A stretch of DNA of 64,000 bases from Eledone cirrhosa (taxonomy: Eukaryota). The notes under the pieces were generated by a model. That model saw only the letters and a list, made by a program, of their open reading frames with translations, did no database searches and had not been told where the DNA came from. Made by a program: the position numbers and the translations under genes. The stretch is from NCBI GenBank assembly GCA_964016885.1, contig OZ024740.1, positions 358,422,001-358,486,000 of the forward strand. Reading direction: 5' to 3'. Shown piece by piece: positions 14,130 through 27,612 of this stretch (position 1 is the first letter of the stretch; every line of letters begins with the position of its first letter).

Positions 14130-16046
14130 ATGAACGCTGCGTCCAACGATAATGGTGGTGGAGAGGCGGTAAGACTACAAAGCTCGCAGTCAACAACGTC
14201 TTCTTCACTAGATACTATAGAGATGGAAAGACAAAATGAAAATGTAAAAACGAATTCATATCCAAACAACACAAATGACACCAAACAGTTCAATGACAAC
14301 AAAAATAACAGCAACACCAATAATGATGATAAAAGCAACAATGATAACAACAACAAAGAAAAAAATAAAGACAACGCCAATAACACCAGCATCAAAGACA
14401 ACAACAACACCAAGGAAAATACGGATGATACCAACATCGGTGACAACAAGAATAACAACAACAATAACAACAATAATGACAACACCACCAATACGGATTC
14501 CACAAAGAAACCAAAAATATCCTTTGCAGAGTAAGTTAAAAAAAAGGAAGAATTGATATATCTCGACATAACAAATGCTGAACAACTTTTAAAGGACGCT
14601 AGGAGATATGTCAGTTTCGAAAAAAAATGATGCTTTCAGCATCAATTCTCCGGTAGAAATTCGCAAAGAAACTGCTCTCAAAACGATAGTTTTTAGGACA
14701 GTTTCCAATTCTACCCGAAAACCAGTCCAATTGTCACAGAAAGAAATTGAACTGGTTTTCAAAAATTCAATGAATGATATTGCATTCATTCAAAGAAGCA
14801 AACTTTTTGGGAGTATTTCGGTACTCATGAAGGATCAATTGACGGCCCCAAATTACTCTGTGTCGCCAATTGTATCCAACCTGTACACCTTTTTCCCTAC
14901 ATACATGGGAAAAAGGACACAAAAGATCAGAATCACGAGTGTCACACCAAAGGTGAAGATATGGTGGATACTGTGCGGCTTCATCAATTTTGATGAAGAC
15001 AGAATACTGTCAGTAGGCAAGTCCCCCAGAGATGTATTCAATGGGACTAGCATTGAAGTTCTGGTGCAAATGAGCCCAGAGCGAATAGCTATGATCCCAC
15101 AGCGTGTACTCCTGGACGGGCTCACCAACATAAACTTTTCGGTTGAGGGTAGGCGACCTTCATGTTACCATTGCTTTAGCAGGGGTCACCTGAGGGCTTC
15201 CTGTCCTAAATTAATGAACCAAAAAAAGGTTCTTCTGCCGACACCCATCAAAACAACACAACCACCAACACCACCACAACAACAACAACACCAACACACA
15301 AAAATAACCACAACAAACACAGTCCCACTAACCCCACTCCACCTAAAACCACTGCAAAATCACACACAGACACAACAGCTCCCCAAGACATACCCCTCCC
15401 CAATCACACAGACGATACAACAGATGAGGCTATCTCGCCATCACCCAGTGAAGACGAGGGAGAACCCCATCGCTTGAAAAGAAAGAAAAGACATCACAAA
15501 AGCAAAAAACCAGCAAACACTACCACAGACATACAACCACCAACACAAACAACAAAAACATCACAAACAAAACCCCCACCTCCTGAAAACAAAATACCTA
15601 CAACAAAACGAAAGCACACACAAGAACTACAGACAAAAACAAACACAACACAAGAAAATTACACTTACACTTACATAAACACTGAAAACAAAACACTAAT
15701 GAAGACCATCACGAACGACCCTTCGGTGAAAACCGAAGGGAAAACTTTCGCCCACTCTATTAAAAATAGCAAAAAACTGAACCTAAAACTGATTAGGGTC
15801 CCTACACAAACTTATAGGTCCCTAAAAGAAACATTTGAGAAGGATGTGGGGAATTCCTGCATGAAACCACTCAACCGCGTCCTTCTCAAATGTCTCCCCA
15901 CCCCAGACACCCCCATCCCACCAGACCCCACCCCACCAAACATCTCCGCCCCCACCCCGCCGGAAACCACCACCCATCCAGACAACCCCTCCAACACCCC
16001 CATGGAAATCGCGCGGCCTGGTCCCAGGAGGCGAAGGGTGAGTGAT
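14130..16046 (+). pseudogene. Tx1 copy 1 ORF1 (gag-like), disrupted
   Basis: Pieces 14130-14534, 14608-15477 and 15474-. Asn-rich N-terminus, KISFAE motif, EGRRPSCYHCFSRGHLRASCP (CX2CX4HX4C), P/T/Q-rich region. Stop at 14532 plus frameshifts. Confidence 0.85.
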
Positions 16047-16078
16047 CTCTTTTCCTCTTTTAACTTTTCAGCGCCAAC

Positions 16079-19000
16079 ATGGCCAATATAAGAGTTGGAT
16101 GTGTGAACGTACGCGGCCTGGGGATGCCCTGGAAACAGGGCAAACTCTTAAACGACCTCAGGTCGCACAGTATGGATGTGGTAGCCATTTGCGAGTCCAG
16201 GATCCACGGCGAGCGACAGCTGGCCCCCATCTACGATGACTTTGAGATCTACGCATCTCTCTGTCAACCGGGGGGTGGGGGCGGAGTTGCCGTTTTGCTG
16301 CGGAAACACCTGGGCCTCGTAACACAGACGGTACATCTGGACCCGGAGGGTCGACTGGTGGTCCTAGACGTTGACGGTAGTGAAGGTGGAGCCTTCAGGC
16401 TGGTGGCCGCATATGCTCCATCCGGGACACCGCGGCCAGACTTCTTCAAACGTCTAGAGACTTTTCTGGCAACGTCCCGCTCCTTGCTTTTAGTGGGGGA
16501 CTGGAATGGAATCCTAGATGCACGTTGGGACTATGTGGGAGCATGTCCCGATAAAGGGGGGTGTAACAGCCTCAAACAGTTAATCGACCGATTTGACCTG
16601 GCCGATAGATATCGACTAGATTTTCCGACTGCGCCACTGTGGACGTGGAGTAATCGTAGCGGAACATCTAGATCGTACCTAGATAGGGTTCTAGTTAGAA
16701 ATAAGGATAGGGACATGTTAAGCTGTCCACAAATGTTCATGGTTGCCTATTCAGATCACAAACTAGTGACTTGCATGGCCAACCTTGATAGAACCCATAG
16801 ACAAGCACCCGGCTACTGGAAGCTGACTTGTCGTTACGGACAAGCAAAGCCTACAGTAGACGGATTAGCACTTTAGTTAAACAGCACTTGACAGGGGCCA
16901 TTGTCAACAACAGATGGTGGTACTCTCTCAAGAGGGCAGTTAGATTAGACTCGATAGTTTTTAGTAAAGAATTAGCGTTAGATAGAAATAGAACCGAGAA
17001 GGAACTGGTAGATAAAGTAGAAGAGGCAATTAGAAGTGGCAACGTAGCCAGCGTGCTAGCAACGAGAACGGCCTTGGACCAGTTCTTCGACGCAAAGCAC
17101 GAGGGCTGCGTTGTCAGAAGCAAAATACGTGCTCTGGGAAACGAGGGAGCCAAAGCTGTTAGCTGGGCCCGAGTGACGGAGGCAAAAAGTGGCAACAAGT
17201 CCACGATTCGGTCTTTGAAAGACCAAAACGGACGCGTGCTACGTGAGCCGAAGCAGATGTGTGCGGCTTTTCAGCGGCACTTTGCTCGGCTGTTCGGGGG
17301 GGGGGGGGAGGCTATGGATTTCGGTCCATACCTCGACGGCCTACCGCGACTATCGGACAGCGAGGCAAAGTTCTGCGAAAAGCCGATTTCAGCCACTGAG
17401 ATAGAGGACGCTCTGAGCCAATGCGGCAAACGCAAATCTCCAGGTCTCGACGGTCTACCCTACGAATTTTACGTAGCAATGCCGTACTTATTCTCCGGTC
17501 TCCTCGAAGCGGTCTACTGCAACTGGCAACAGAACGGGAGAATTCCCAGTTCTGTAACAGGGGGTGTGGTCACACTAATCAGGAAGGACGAGAATAAGGG
17601 GGATGACATAGGAAACTTCCGGCCCATAACTCTGCTAAACACAGAGTTACAGATTTTGGCCAAGGTGTTGGCAAAGAGGCTGGCGCTTGTCGTCGAGAAC
17701 CTGGTGGGAGAAGCGCAGACATGCGAAATCCCGACCAGGTCCATACACGACAACCTCCACCTCATGCGATACATCGTAGAGAGGGTAGGGTGTAAACCCG
17801 GCTTCGGTGGGGCCCTGATCAACTTGGATCAGTCTAAGGCTTTCGATAGGGTTGACCATCGTTACCTGGATGCGGTGCTCGAGGCGGCAGGCTTCGGACC
17901 CGTGTTCAGGGGCTGGATTGCTGCAATGCACAACAGCAACATCTGCTCAAGGGTCAAGGTGAACGGCTACCTCTCGGAGCCGTTCCATATTACGCGATCC
18001 ATTCGACAGGGATGCCCTCTCTCCTCCCTTCTGTACGTACTGACTCTCGAGCCACTACTGCGGAAGCTGGAGCTATTGCAGGGCATCCCTTTGGAACCGG
18101 GACTGCGGAAAGCGGCGTCGGCCTACGCCGACGACGTTACAGTAATGGTGTCGAGCGCCTCGCAAATCGGGGAAGTCGGCACCTTACTGAAGGAATACGA
18201 AAGTCTCACAGGAGCGAAGCTGAACCGGGACAAGTCCATCGGTTTGCAACTCGGATCGTGGAGAGGCAAACCGATGGCGTCGTCGGACGCTGGACGGAAG
18301 GACCGGTAAAGCTGCTCGGGGTCTGGTTTGGTCCGGACCTCCAGGTGGAGAAGAACTGGAACGAAGTGACGGCCAAGGTCTTTGCACTCACCCAGAAGTG
18401 GGCCGAGTGCAAACTATCCTTGAAAGGTCGAGCGGAGGTCGCGAACACTTTTATAGCGTCCGCCATCTACTACCGCTTGACCGTCGTGCCTTGTCCAGCC
18501 AAAACGCTCGCCGAAATGGAGCGCGCGCTCTTCCGATTCCTTTGGAAGAGGCGGGCTCCTTTGGTGAGAAGATCCATCTGCTGCCAACACCCTTTTAACG
18601 GAGGGATGGGGATGCCCTGGTTGACGATGCGCAAACACGCGCTCAGGCTGCGGCATCTCTACGTATTCCTCACCGGACAACCGGTGTGGGCCCCGTTCGT
18701 GAGGCGAGCCTTCCCACGACTCGTCTCGCTGACCGAGCTGCAGTCCTGGGTCAAGCAAAGACCGAGGAAAATGGGCGACTGGCACATCGAATGTGCTCAG
18801 GCGCTCACAGCCCTCTGGCAGGCGGACCCGGCGATCAGTGGAGACTCCACTTCGTCATTATATAGAGGGTTGGTCCGCAGCAAGTGCGACGACGCGCTCG
18901 GTGAAACTCTAGGCGTAGAGGAAGATGAATTGGCCAGTCTGTTCGGTAGGACCTTCCGCCCGGGACCGATGGACAACTTCCAAAAGTCCCTGGCCTGGCA

Positions 19001-19496
19001 GTGCTACCGAGGAGCTCTACCAGTTCGAGACAAGCTCTACAGACATGGGCGCCCGGGCAGGGACCCTGCAAAAAAGATCTGTCCGAGGTGCGTGCGAGAC
19101 GAAGAAACCGTCGCGCACGCATTCATACACTTCCCGGGCGTCACTGACCTGTGGGGCTATGTAGAACGACTATTGTCGCGGGTGGGACCAATCCAGTTGA
19201 CCACCGAGTCCATTGTCATGATCAAACCGCCACCCTCCTTCAAAAACGAAGGAGAGGCGGTTTTCCTTTGTGTGATAGCTATGGCGAAAGAGGTTGTATG
19301 GTGGACAAGGTTGAAAGGGCTGAGGTCAGACACCTTTCTCTCCGGCCAACAACTGATTCTTTTTTTCTAATACCACTTTGGAAGAAGAATCAGGATGGAG
19401 AGAGAGGTGCTGTACCCCAGCAAGTTTTATGAAAGGTGGGTGAAAGTGGCGAGAATGGCCCGAGTGAATGGGCCTTCTCTCTATATCAGCCTGTAG
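16079..19496 (+). pseudogene. Tx1 copy 1 ORF2 (APE endonuclease, RT, C-terminal Cys/His finger), about 3 lesions
   Basis: VNVRGL, GDWN, YLDR, SDH; KSPGLDG, QGCPLS, YADD; CPRC..ETVAH. Frameshifts at ~16828 and ~18285, stop at 19368. Confidence 0.93.
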
Positions 19497-19956
19497 GTTG
19501 AGGAAAAGGAGGAGGAGAGGAAAGGAGTACAAACTCTTCGTACTCCTGGAGATGAGGGTTGCACATTTTTTTCGGGGGTATGTGTTCCCCATATAAACTG
19601 TCTCCCTCTATTGGGGAAAATCGACTAACTTTTTAAATTCCATTTGCGGTAACATTTTACACGTTTTTATTGTATGTAAACTTCCCCCTTTGTATTTGTC
19701 CCCTTCTTTTGTGCCCCTGTGGCTAATAAAGAAATATATCTATCTATCTATCTATAGACGTGTATAACATCGGCTCCTGCCTTTTTGAAATTTTACCCAT
19801 TGACAGTAAGTGTTTGTCTCTTTATTGTGTTGTCTTCGTGCCTTTTAACCACCCGGCTAGGTCTGTAGACGGGTGGTCATCGTATTTTTACCCCGTTTGG
19901 GGGTAAAAACTACTCCATAAAATTTTTGCTGACTCACATGGTAAAAAATTGACGCC

Positions 19957-21733
19957 ATGTCTGCAGCACGTGTTGACGATAACGTCATACTCACTAAGGA
20001 AGAAGAAAGAAAGAAACAAGCGGTACAAAGCGTTTTGCTTTCTCGCGCCAACGTGGTAAAAGACTAAGAAAAAGGCGATATGCCAGATAAAAAATTAAAT
20101 ACGGGTGCAACCCCAATTTATTACAACACAAACAATGACAAAACCAACACACCAAACGAGAAAGACAACAACAACAAAAATGAAAACAATTCAGATTACG
20201 AGAAACAAAACAATTCAAACACCAACAATGAAAACAAAATATCTTTTGCACAAACGGCTAAAATATCAGTCACATATGTGCTTGAGGATATTTCAAATGC
20301 CAAAGAAATGCTTGAAAAAGCCACAAAAAATCTTTTGGCGAAAATGGTTCTTTTTCTATAAATTCACCTCCAGAACTAAACAAACAGACGGAATTACAAA
20401 CTGTCATATTCCGTACAATTTCAAACATAACAAAAAAACCAGCACAACCATCTCAAGCTGAAATTCAGTTAGTACTGAAAGAAGCTATGAAAGACATTAT
20501 TTTCATACAAAAGGATAAACTCTATTGGAGTTTATCCATATTGATGAAAGACGAATTGGCGGCGAAAAAATACTCTGTGTCGCCAATTCGTCCCACACAC
20601 TACACCTTCTTCCCCACCTACATGGGTAAAAAACCCCAAAGAATATGGATAACCACATCACCCCAAACATAAACTACTGGTGGTTACTAACCGGTTTCCT
20701 CAATTTAGACGAGGACAACCTCATATCAATAGGGAAGGCATCCGGCGACGCGTTCAGTGGAACGAGTATCGAAGTTCTGACCCAAATAAGGCCAGAACGT
20801 ATCGCCCAAATCCCTGAGCACGTCATGCTGGATGACCGTACCCACCTCAACATTATTGTGGAGGGTAGGCGTCCCTCCTGTTACCTCTGTGGCAATAGAG
20901 GTCACCTGAGGGCTGCCTGTCCCCAGCTCACACCGAAAAAAACACTGCTACCAACACCCCAACAACCAACACCAACACCATCCCAACAACAACAACAAAA
21001 ACAACCACAACAACAACAACAACAAAAACCAACACCACCACCACAACAACAACAAACACGTGAAAAAACAACACAGAATACTGTCCCACCCAACCCCTCC
21101 CCACCCAAAACAAATACAAAAACACACACCGCAAACACTACCAGAAAATATACCCCTCCCACCCAACAAGGAAGACGAACCCCTTTCGTCGCAAGACGAA
21201 AAAGATCCCTTCCAAATAGTAAAAAGAAAGAAGAGGAGGCGCACCACAGACACACTTATTAATATTAACCCTCCCCAAGAGAAAACAAACTATATACAAA
21301 CCACCCCTCCCCGTCACACAACACTAACTGCTACGCAAAAAAAGACTTTACAATATACATACATGAACACAGACAACAAAGAACTAATGAACACAATTTC
21401 GGCAAACCCTTCGGTCCAAACTGAAGGGCCTAACTTTCTAACTGCTGTGGGACTACCTCATTTACGAATGATTAAAGTCCCAATGAACTTATATAAAACA
21501 TTGAAAATAAATTTCACGGAGGACGTGGCCCCCCCCCCCTACTTCAAGCCAATCAAGCGCGTCCTCCTAAAAAATTTCCCCACCCCCACCCAGACACCCA
21601 CTCAACCACAAACACCCCAACCCCACAACACACTCACGCCCCTACACTTCCACAAACCACCACCCCACCCAACAACCCATCCCCAACCCTCATGGAAATT
21701 GAGCGGCCCGCTCTCCGGGACGCAGAGAGGTAA
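19957..21733 (+). pseudogene. Tx1 copy 2 ORF1, disrupted
   Basis: NKISFAQ, YTFFPTYMGKK, EGRRPSCYLCGNRGHLRAACP, poly-Q/P region, ends MEIERPALRDAER*. Several frameshifts. Confidence 0.82.
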
Positions 21734-21757
21734 GTGCGATTTCTCCTTACCACCAAC

Positions 21758-24700
21758 ATGGCTGTGCTAAGAGTAGGGTGTCTAAATGCGCGTGGCCTGG
21801 GCTCATCTTGGAAGCAAGCAATGCTTCTAAATGACCTCAGGGCACGATCTATAAATCTGATGGTTATCTGCGAGGCCCGGATCAGCAGCATGCGACAGCT
21901 AGCCCCCACCTTTGATGACTTTCAGATGCACGCATCTCTCTGTCAGCCCGGAGGTGGGGGTGGGGTTGTCGTTCTGCTGCAAAAACATCTGGGTCTCGCC
22001 ACACAGATAGTTCACTTGGACCCGGGGGGGGGGGGGGGGGCGACTGGTGGTGCTGGACCTTGGCAGTGGTAAAGGTGGAGCCTTTAGGCTGGTAGCCGCA
22101 TACGCCCCTTTTGGGACAGAGCGGCCCGACTTTTTCCAGCGTCTAGAGTCTTTTCTAGGGACGTCCTGTTCCCTGCTTTTAGTGGGGGACTGGAATGTTA
22201 TCCTGGATGCACGTTGGGACTATGCAGGGGAATGTCCCGATAGAGAGGGGTGCAACAGCTTCAAGGGGTTACTCGGCCGATTTGACCTGGCCGATAGATT
22301 TCGACTAGATTTTCCGACGGTGCCAACCTGGTCTTGGTCAAATCGTAGCGGTCAATCTAGATCGTACCTAGATAGGTTCTTAGTTAGAAATAAGGACAGG
22401 GACTTTTTAAGTTGTCCAGAAATGCTCATGGTTGGCTATTCAGACCACAAGTTGGTGACCTGCATGGTTGGTCAACCTTGATAGAACGCATAGACAGGGC
22501 CCCGGTTACTGGAAGCTGAACTTGTCCTTGCCGGCAAGTAAAGCTTACAGGGACCGGATTAGTACGTTAGTTAAGGAGCGGTTGACTGGAGCGATCGTCA
22601 ACAGCAGGTGGTGGGTATCTCTAAAGAGAGAGATTAGAGTAGTCTCGATAGAATTTAGTAAGGTTCTAGCTGCGGATAGGAATAGGAAGGAAAGGGAGCT
22701 AATAGATAGAGTAGAAGAAGCAATTAGAAGCGGCGACGTGGCCAGAGTGCTAGCGTCGAGAACGGCTTTGAGCCAGTTTTTCGACGCGAAGCACGAAGGC
22801 TGCGTTGTACGAAGTAAAATACGTGCTCTAGGGAACGAGGGGACCAAAGCTGTTAGCTGGGCCCGCGTGACAGAGGCCAAGAGTGGAACTAAATCCACCA
22901 TCCGGTCTTTGCGAGACCAGGATGGACGAGCGATCCTTGAGCCTAAGCAGATGTGTGAGGCCTTTCAAAGGCACTTTGCCCGACTGTTCGGAAGGGGCGG
23001 GGAGCCGGTTGGGGATGTGGACTTCGGACCATACCTCGACGGCCTGCCGCGTCTCTCGGACAGGGAGGCGAAGTCCTGCGAGGAGCCGATTTCAGCCGCT
23101 GAGATAGAGGACGTGCTGAGCCAATGCGGCAAACGCAAATCCCCGGGTCTCGATGGTCTTCCATACGAACTATATCTAGCTATGCCGGACTTGTTCCCCG
23201 ATCTCCTCGAGGCGGTCTACTGCAACTGGCGACAGAACGGGATAATTCCCTGTGCTGTGACCAAGGGCGTAGTCACGCTAGTGAGGAAGGACGAGAACAA
23301 GGGGGACGAAATAAGTAACTTCAGGCCCATAACTCTGCTAAATACAGAGTTACAGATTTTGGCCAAGGTGCTAGCAAAGAGGTTGGCGCTTGTCGTGGGC
23401 AACCTGGTGGGAGATGCGCAGACATGTGCTATCCCGTCCAGGTCCATCCATGACAACCTCCACCTCATGCGTTACATCATAGAGAGGGTTGGGAACGAAC
23501 CCGGCTTTGGTGGGGCTCTGATCAACTTGGATCAATCTAAGGCGTTCGATAGGGTCGACCATGGTTACCTGGATGCGGTGCTAGCGGCGGCAGGCTTCGG
23601 ATCCGTTTTCAGGGGCTGGATCACTGCTATGCACAGCAGCCGCATCTGCTCTAGGGTCAAGGTGAACGGCTACCTCTCGGAGCCGTTCGAAATCGCGGGG
23701 TCCATCCGACAAGGGTGTCCTCTCTCCTCCCTTCTGTATGTGTTGACTCTCGAGCCACTACTGCGGAAGTTGGAGTTGTTGCAGGGCATCCCTTTGGAAC
23801 CGTGATTGCGGAAAGCGGTGTCGGCCTACGCCGATGACGTGACAGTAATGGTGTCGACGGCCTCCGAAATCGGGGCAATCGGCACCTTACTGGAGGAGTA
23901 CGAAAGGTTCAGAGGGGTTAAGCTGAACCGGGACAAGTCGATCGGTTTGCAACTCGGCACGTGGAGGGGAAAACCGATGACCTCCAATGGCGTCGTCGGA
24001 CTCTGGACGGAGGGCCCGGTGAAGTTGCTCGGGGTCTGGTTCGGACCAGACCTCCAGGTGGAGAAGAACTGGGCTGAGGTTACGAACAGGGTGTTTGCAC
24101 TGACCCAGAAGTGGGCCAGTTGCAAACTATCCCTGAAAGGTCGGGCGGAGGTGGCGAACACCTATATAGCGTCCGTCATCTACTACCGCCTGACCGTCGT
24201 GCCTTGCCCAAGGGAAACCCTCGCCAAGATGGAGCGCGCACTCTTCCAATTCCTTTGGAAGAAGCGGGCTCCTTTGGTGAGGAGATCCATCTGCTGTCAA
24301 CACCCTTCGAAAGGAGGGCCGTGGCTAATGATGCGTAAACACGCATTAAGGCTACGGCACCTCCACGTATTCCTCACCGGTCAACCGGTGTGGGCCTCGT
24401 TTGTGAGACGAACCTTTCCCAGACTCGTCTCACTCACCGAGCTGCAATCCTGGGTCAAGCAAAGACCGAGAAAACTGGGCGCCTGGCACACTGAGTATGC
24501 CCAGGCGCTCACCGCCCTCTGGCAGGCGGACCCGGTTATCAGTGGAGACTCCACCGCAACATTCTATAGAGGGCTGGTACGCAGCAGGGGCGACGACGCC
24601 CTCGGAGAAGCCCTAGACATGGAGGAAGACGAACTGGCCAGCCTGTTCGGTAGGACATTCAGCCCGGGACCTATGGACAACTTCCAGAAGTCCCTGGCCT

Positions 24701-25200
24701 GGCAGTGCTACCGAGGGGCTCTACCCGTTCGAGAAAAGCTCTACAGACACGGGCGCCCGGGTAGGGACCCCGCCAAAAAGATCTGTCCCAGATGCGTGTG
24801 CGACGAGGAAACCGTTGCACACGCATTCGTACACTGCTCGGGCGTAGCCGATCTGTGGGGCTATGTCGAACAACTGCTGTCAAGGGTGGGACCGATCCGG
24901 TTGACCACCGAGTCTATTGTAACGATCAAGCCGCATCCCCCCTTCAAAAACGAAGGAGAGGCGGTGTTTCTGTGCGTAATAGCCATGGTGAAAGAGGTTG
25001 TATGGTGGACGCGTCTGAAAGGACTGAGGTCAGGCACCTTTCTCTCTGGCCAACAACTGGTCCGTTTCTTCCGATATCATTTCGGAAGAAGGATCAGGAT
25101 GGAGAGAGAGGTGCTCCACCCCAGTCGCTTTTATGAAAGGTGGGTGAAAGTGGCGAGAATGGCCCGTGTGAATGTGCCTTCTCTTTACATCAGCCTGTAG
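21758..25200 (+). pseudogene. Tx1 copy 2 ORF2 (APE-RT-CCHC), about 3 lesions
   Basis: ORF pieces 21734-22072, 22047-22481, 22468-23805 and 23806-25200. Frameshift in a poly-G run (~22024-22040), another at ~22470, TGA at 23803. YADD; CPRCVCDEETVAHAFVHC. Confidence 0.93.
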
Positions 25201-25730
25201 GTGGAAAAGAGGAAGGAACGAGAGAGCACCCTCTCTCTGTGCTCCTGAGGAGAAGGGGTTGCACACTTTTTTCGGTGGTGTGTGCGACCCCCCAAACGCC
25301 CCCTCCCTATTGAGGACTTTATTGTTAATTTTATATTTGTTATTTGTTTTCTTTACTCGCCTTTTTGTGTAAACTCCCCCCATTGTACTTGTCCCACTTT
25401 TTGATGCCCTGGTGGCAAATAAAAAGAAACATATCTATCTATCTGTCTATCTATCTCTCTTTCTGTCTGACGCGTGGAACATCGCCGGTAGGCTTTTTTG
25501 TTAATTTCTATATAAAAAACCGAACTAATTGTTTGAAAAAACATAACATTTTGTAGATTAAACCCCAAGCTGAATTGTCAGCTGTGTGGTAGGGGCGAAC
25601 ATTTTATTAAAAAAATTGTTTTAAAATATCAGATTTTACAAACTTGAGCAACACAAGAACGACGGAGAACGTCAATAAAGAAAAGAGAGAGAAAGAGGCA
25701 GATATTCACGTTATATCTGCTTCTGCTACT

Positions 25731-27571
25731 ATGGACGTCGCCATAGATACGACTGTCAACAAAGAGGAAAAAATATTACCACTTGAAGATTTTAAAATTT
25801 TTACCGTCGAAGCGGAGAAAAATAACAATAACACACAGGAAAACACAGGAATTAAACCCATTAACATACATACACATGAAAAAGACATCAACAACTCTAC
25901 AGATACATCTACACATAAGGTTTCACCTCGACAAGGAACTGAGATTTCCAACACCGAGGCTAACAACGATAACAACAACAACAACAGCAACACCACACAA
26001 AAAAAGAAAATGTCTTTCGCTGAAACAGTGAACAAAAAACAAGATTTTATAAATCTTGATATCTCCAACGCAAGAGATATGCTCCAGCAAGGGAGAAAAT
26101 TTGTAACTTTCGAAGAAAGAGGTGGGTTTATAATTAACTCACCCCTTGAAATAAAGGAAGACACAATTCGCAGATCAGTCACCTTTAGGACTGTGTCAAA
26201 TTCCACAAGAAAGCCGACATTTGTTAGCCAAGTAGATCGATATAGAAGATACTTTTAAGGAAATTCTAGCAAATGTCGATTTTCTGCAATCAGGAAAACA
26301 GTACGGAAGTGTTTCCGTACTGTTTAAAAGAGAGGCACTCGTTCCAAAACATTCTGTGACACCAATGGTGTCAAAAGCATACATCTTTTTCCTTACATAC
26401 ATGGGAAAAAGGACACAAAAAATAAAAATAAAAAACATACCCCAAACATTAACATCTGGTGGATCTTGGCTGGCTTCGTAGAGCCAGAAACTGATATGAT
26501 TCTTTCGATACGAAAATATATTCGACAAAGGTGGGCGGGTACAGATTTGGAGATTCTGTTGGAAATGAAACCGGAGAGAATCTCCAAAATACTCGAAAGA
26601 GTCGTCATCGATAATAACAACAAAATAAACATTTCGGTAGAAGGACGAAAATTTCATTACTTTCGCTGTGGTAGCACAGCACACCTAAAAGCCTCTTGTC
26701 CATAAACACACAACAACAATATCATTAAAAAAACACTATTACCAACACCAACACCAAAACAACCACCACCACCACAATTACAACGACAGACGAAACGAGC
26801 AACCACACCAAAACAAACAGACACTCAAGCAACAACAACAGAAAAAAACAGAGACAACACCCCTGAAGAATACAGCTCCACCCCATCCCACTCCATCAAA
26901 CACTACCACAAACACACACACCGAAACACCACCACCACACAACATACCCCTACTAACACACCTGACGATGATTATTCATCGATGGAAGAAGCTGCTTCTC
27001 CTTCTTTAAGTGAAGAAGAGGGAGAACCGCGGAAATCTAAAAAACAAAAAAAGACACACCACAAAACCCCCAAAACTCCAATCACCAACACCAACACACA
27101 ACCACAGACACAAACAACAACACAAACAACACCCCAGTCAAACATCCCCCTATCAGCAAAACCAGCACCAACACTACCCCAAACACAAGCACCCACCATA
27201 AAAAGAAAACTCCCGGACGAATAACAAACTAAAACAACACAACAAAAACACAAACAACAAAAACACAAACAACAATACGCATACATCAACACATCAACAA
27301 GAGTTTGATGAAGGTCATCTCCCAAAACCCCAAGGTGGAGACGGAGGGCAAAACTTTCGTCAAGGCAGAATCGTCTCCACACCTTAAACTTATAAGGGTT
27401 TCTATGGAAACCTATAATGATCTAAAAAATAAATTTTCACAGGACCTGGGCAACCCCTGTCACAAACCCATCAACCGCGTCCTGTTAAAAAGTTTCCCCA
27501 CCCCACCCAACACCCCATCCAGCACCCAAATGGAGATTGCACAACCCGATCTCCAGGAAACGAAAAGGTAA
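25731..27571 (+). pseudogene. Tx1 copy 3 ORF1, disrupted
   Basis: KKMSFAE, INSPLE..RSVTFRTVSNSTRKP, EGRKFHYFRCGSTAHLKASCP (eroded knuckle), ends MEIAQPDLQETKR*. Confidence 0.8.
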
Positions 27572-27612
27572 GTGCACCTTTCGTCCTTTTTCTCTAACTT
27601 TTCTTCACCAAC

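Larger units (their letters stand above)
13913..19734 (+). mobile_element. Full-length L1/Tx1-clade LINE, copy 1
   Basis: 5' end agacgtgtgtaacttcg, ORF1 with CCHC knuckle, ORF2 APE-RT-CCHC, 3' end gcccctgtggctAATAAAgaaa followed by (CTAT)n. Confidence 0.95.
19756..25429 (+). mobile_element. Full-length L1/Tx1-clade LINE, copy 2 (different subfamily)
   Basis: 5' end agacgtgtataacatcg directly after (CTAT)n. 3' end gccctggtggcaAATAAAaagaaa followed by (CTAT)n. Confidence 0.95.

Noticed and set aside
16038-16071. A conserved 34-nt inter-ORF intron
   Set aside because: Only copy 1 has the AG acceptor and the length is very short. Only the donor and tract are conserved (kept as a finding).
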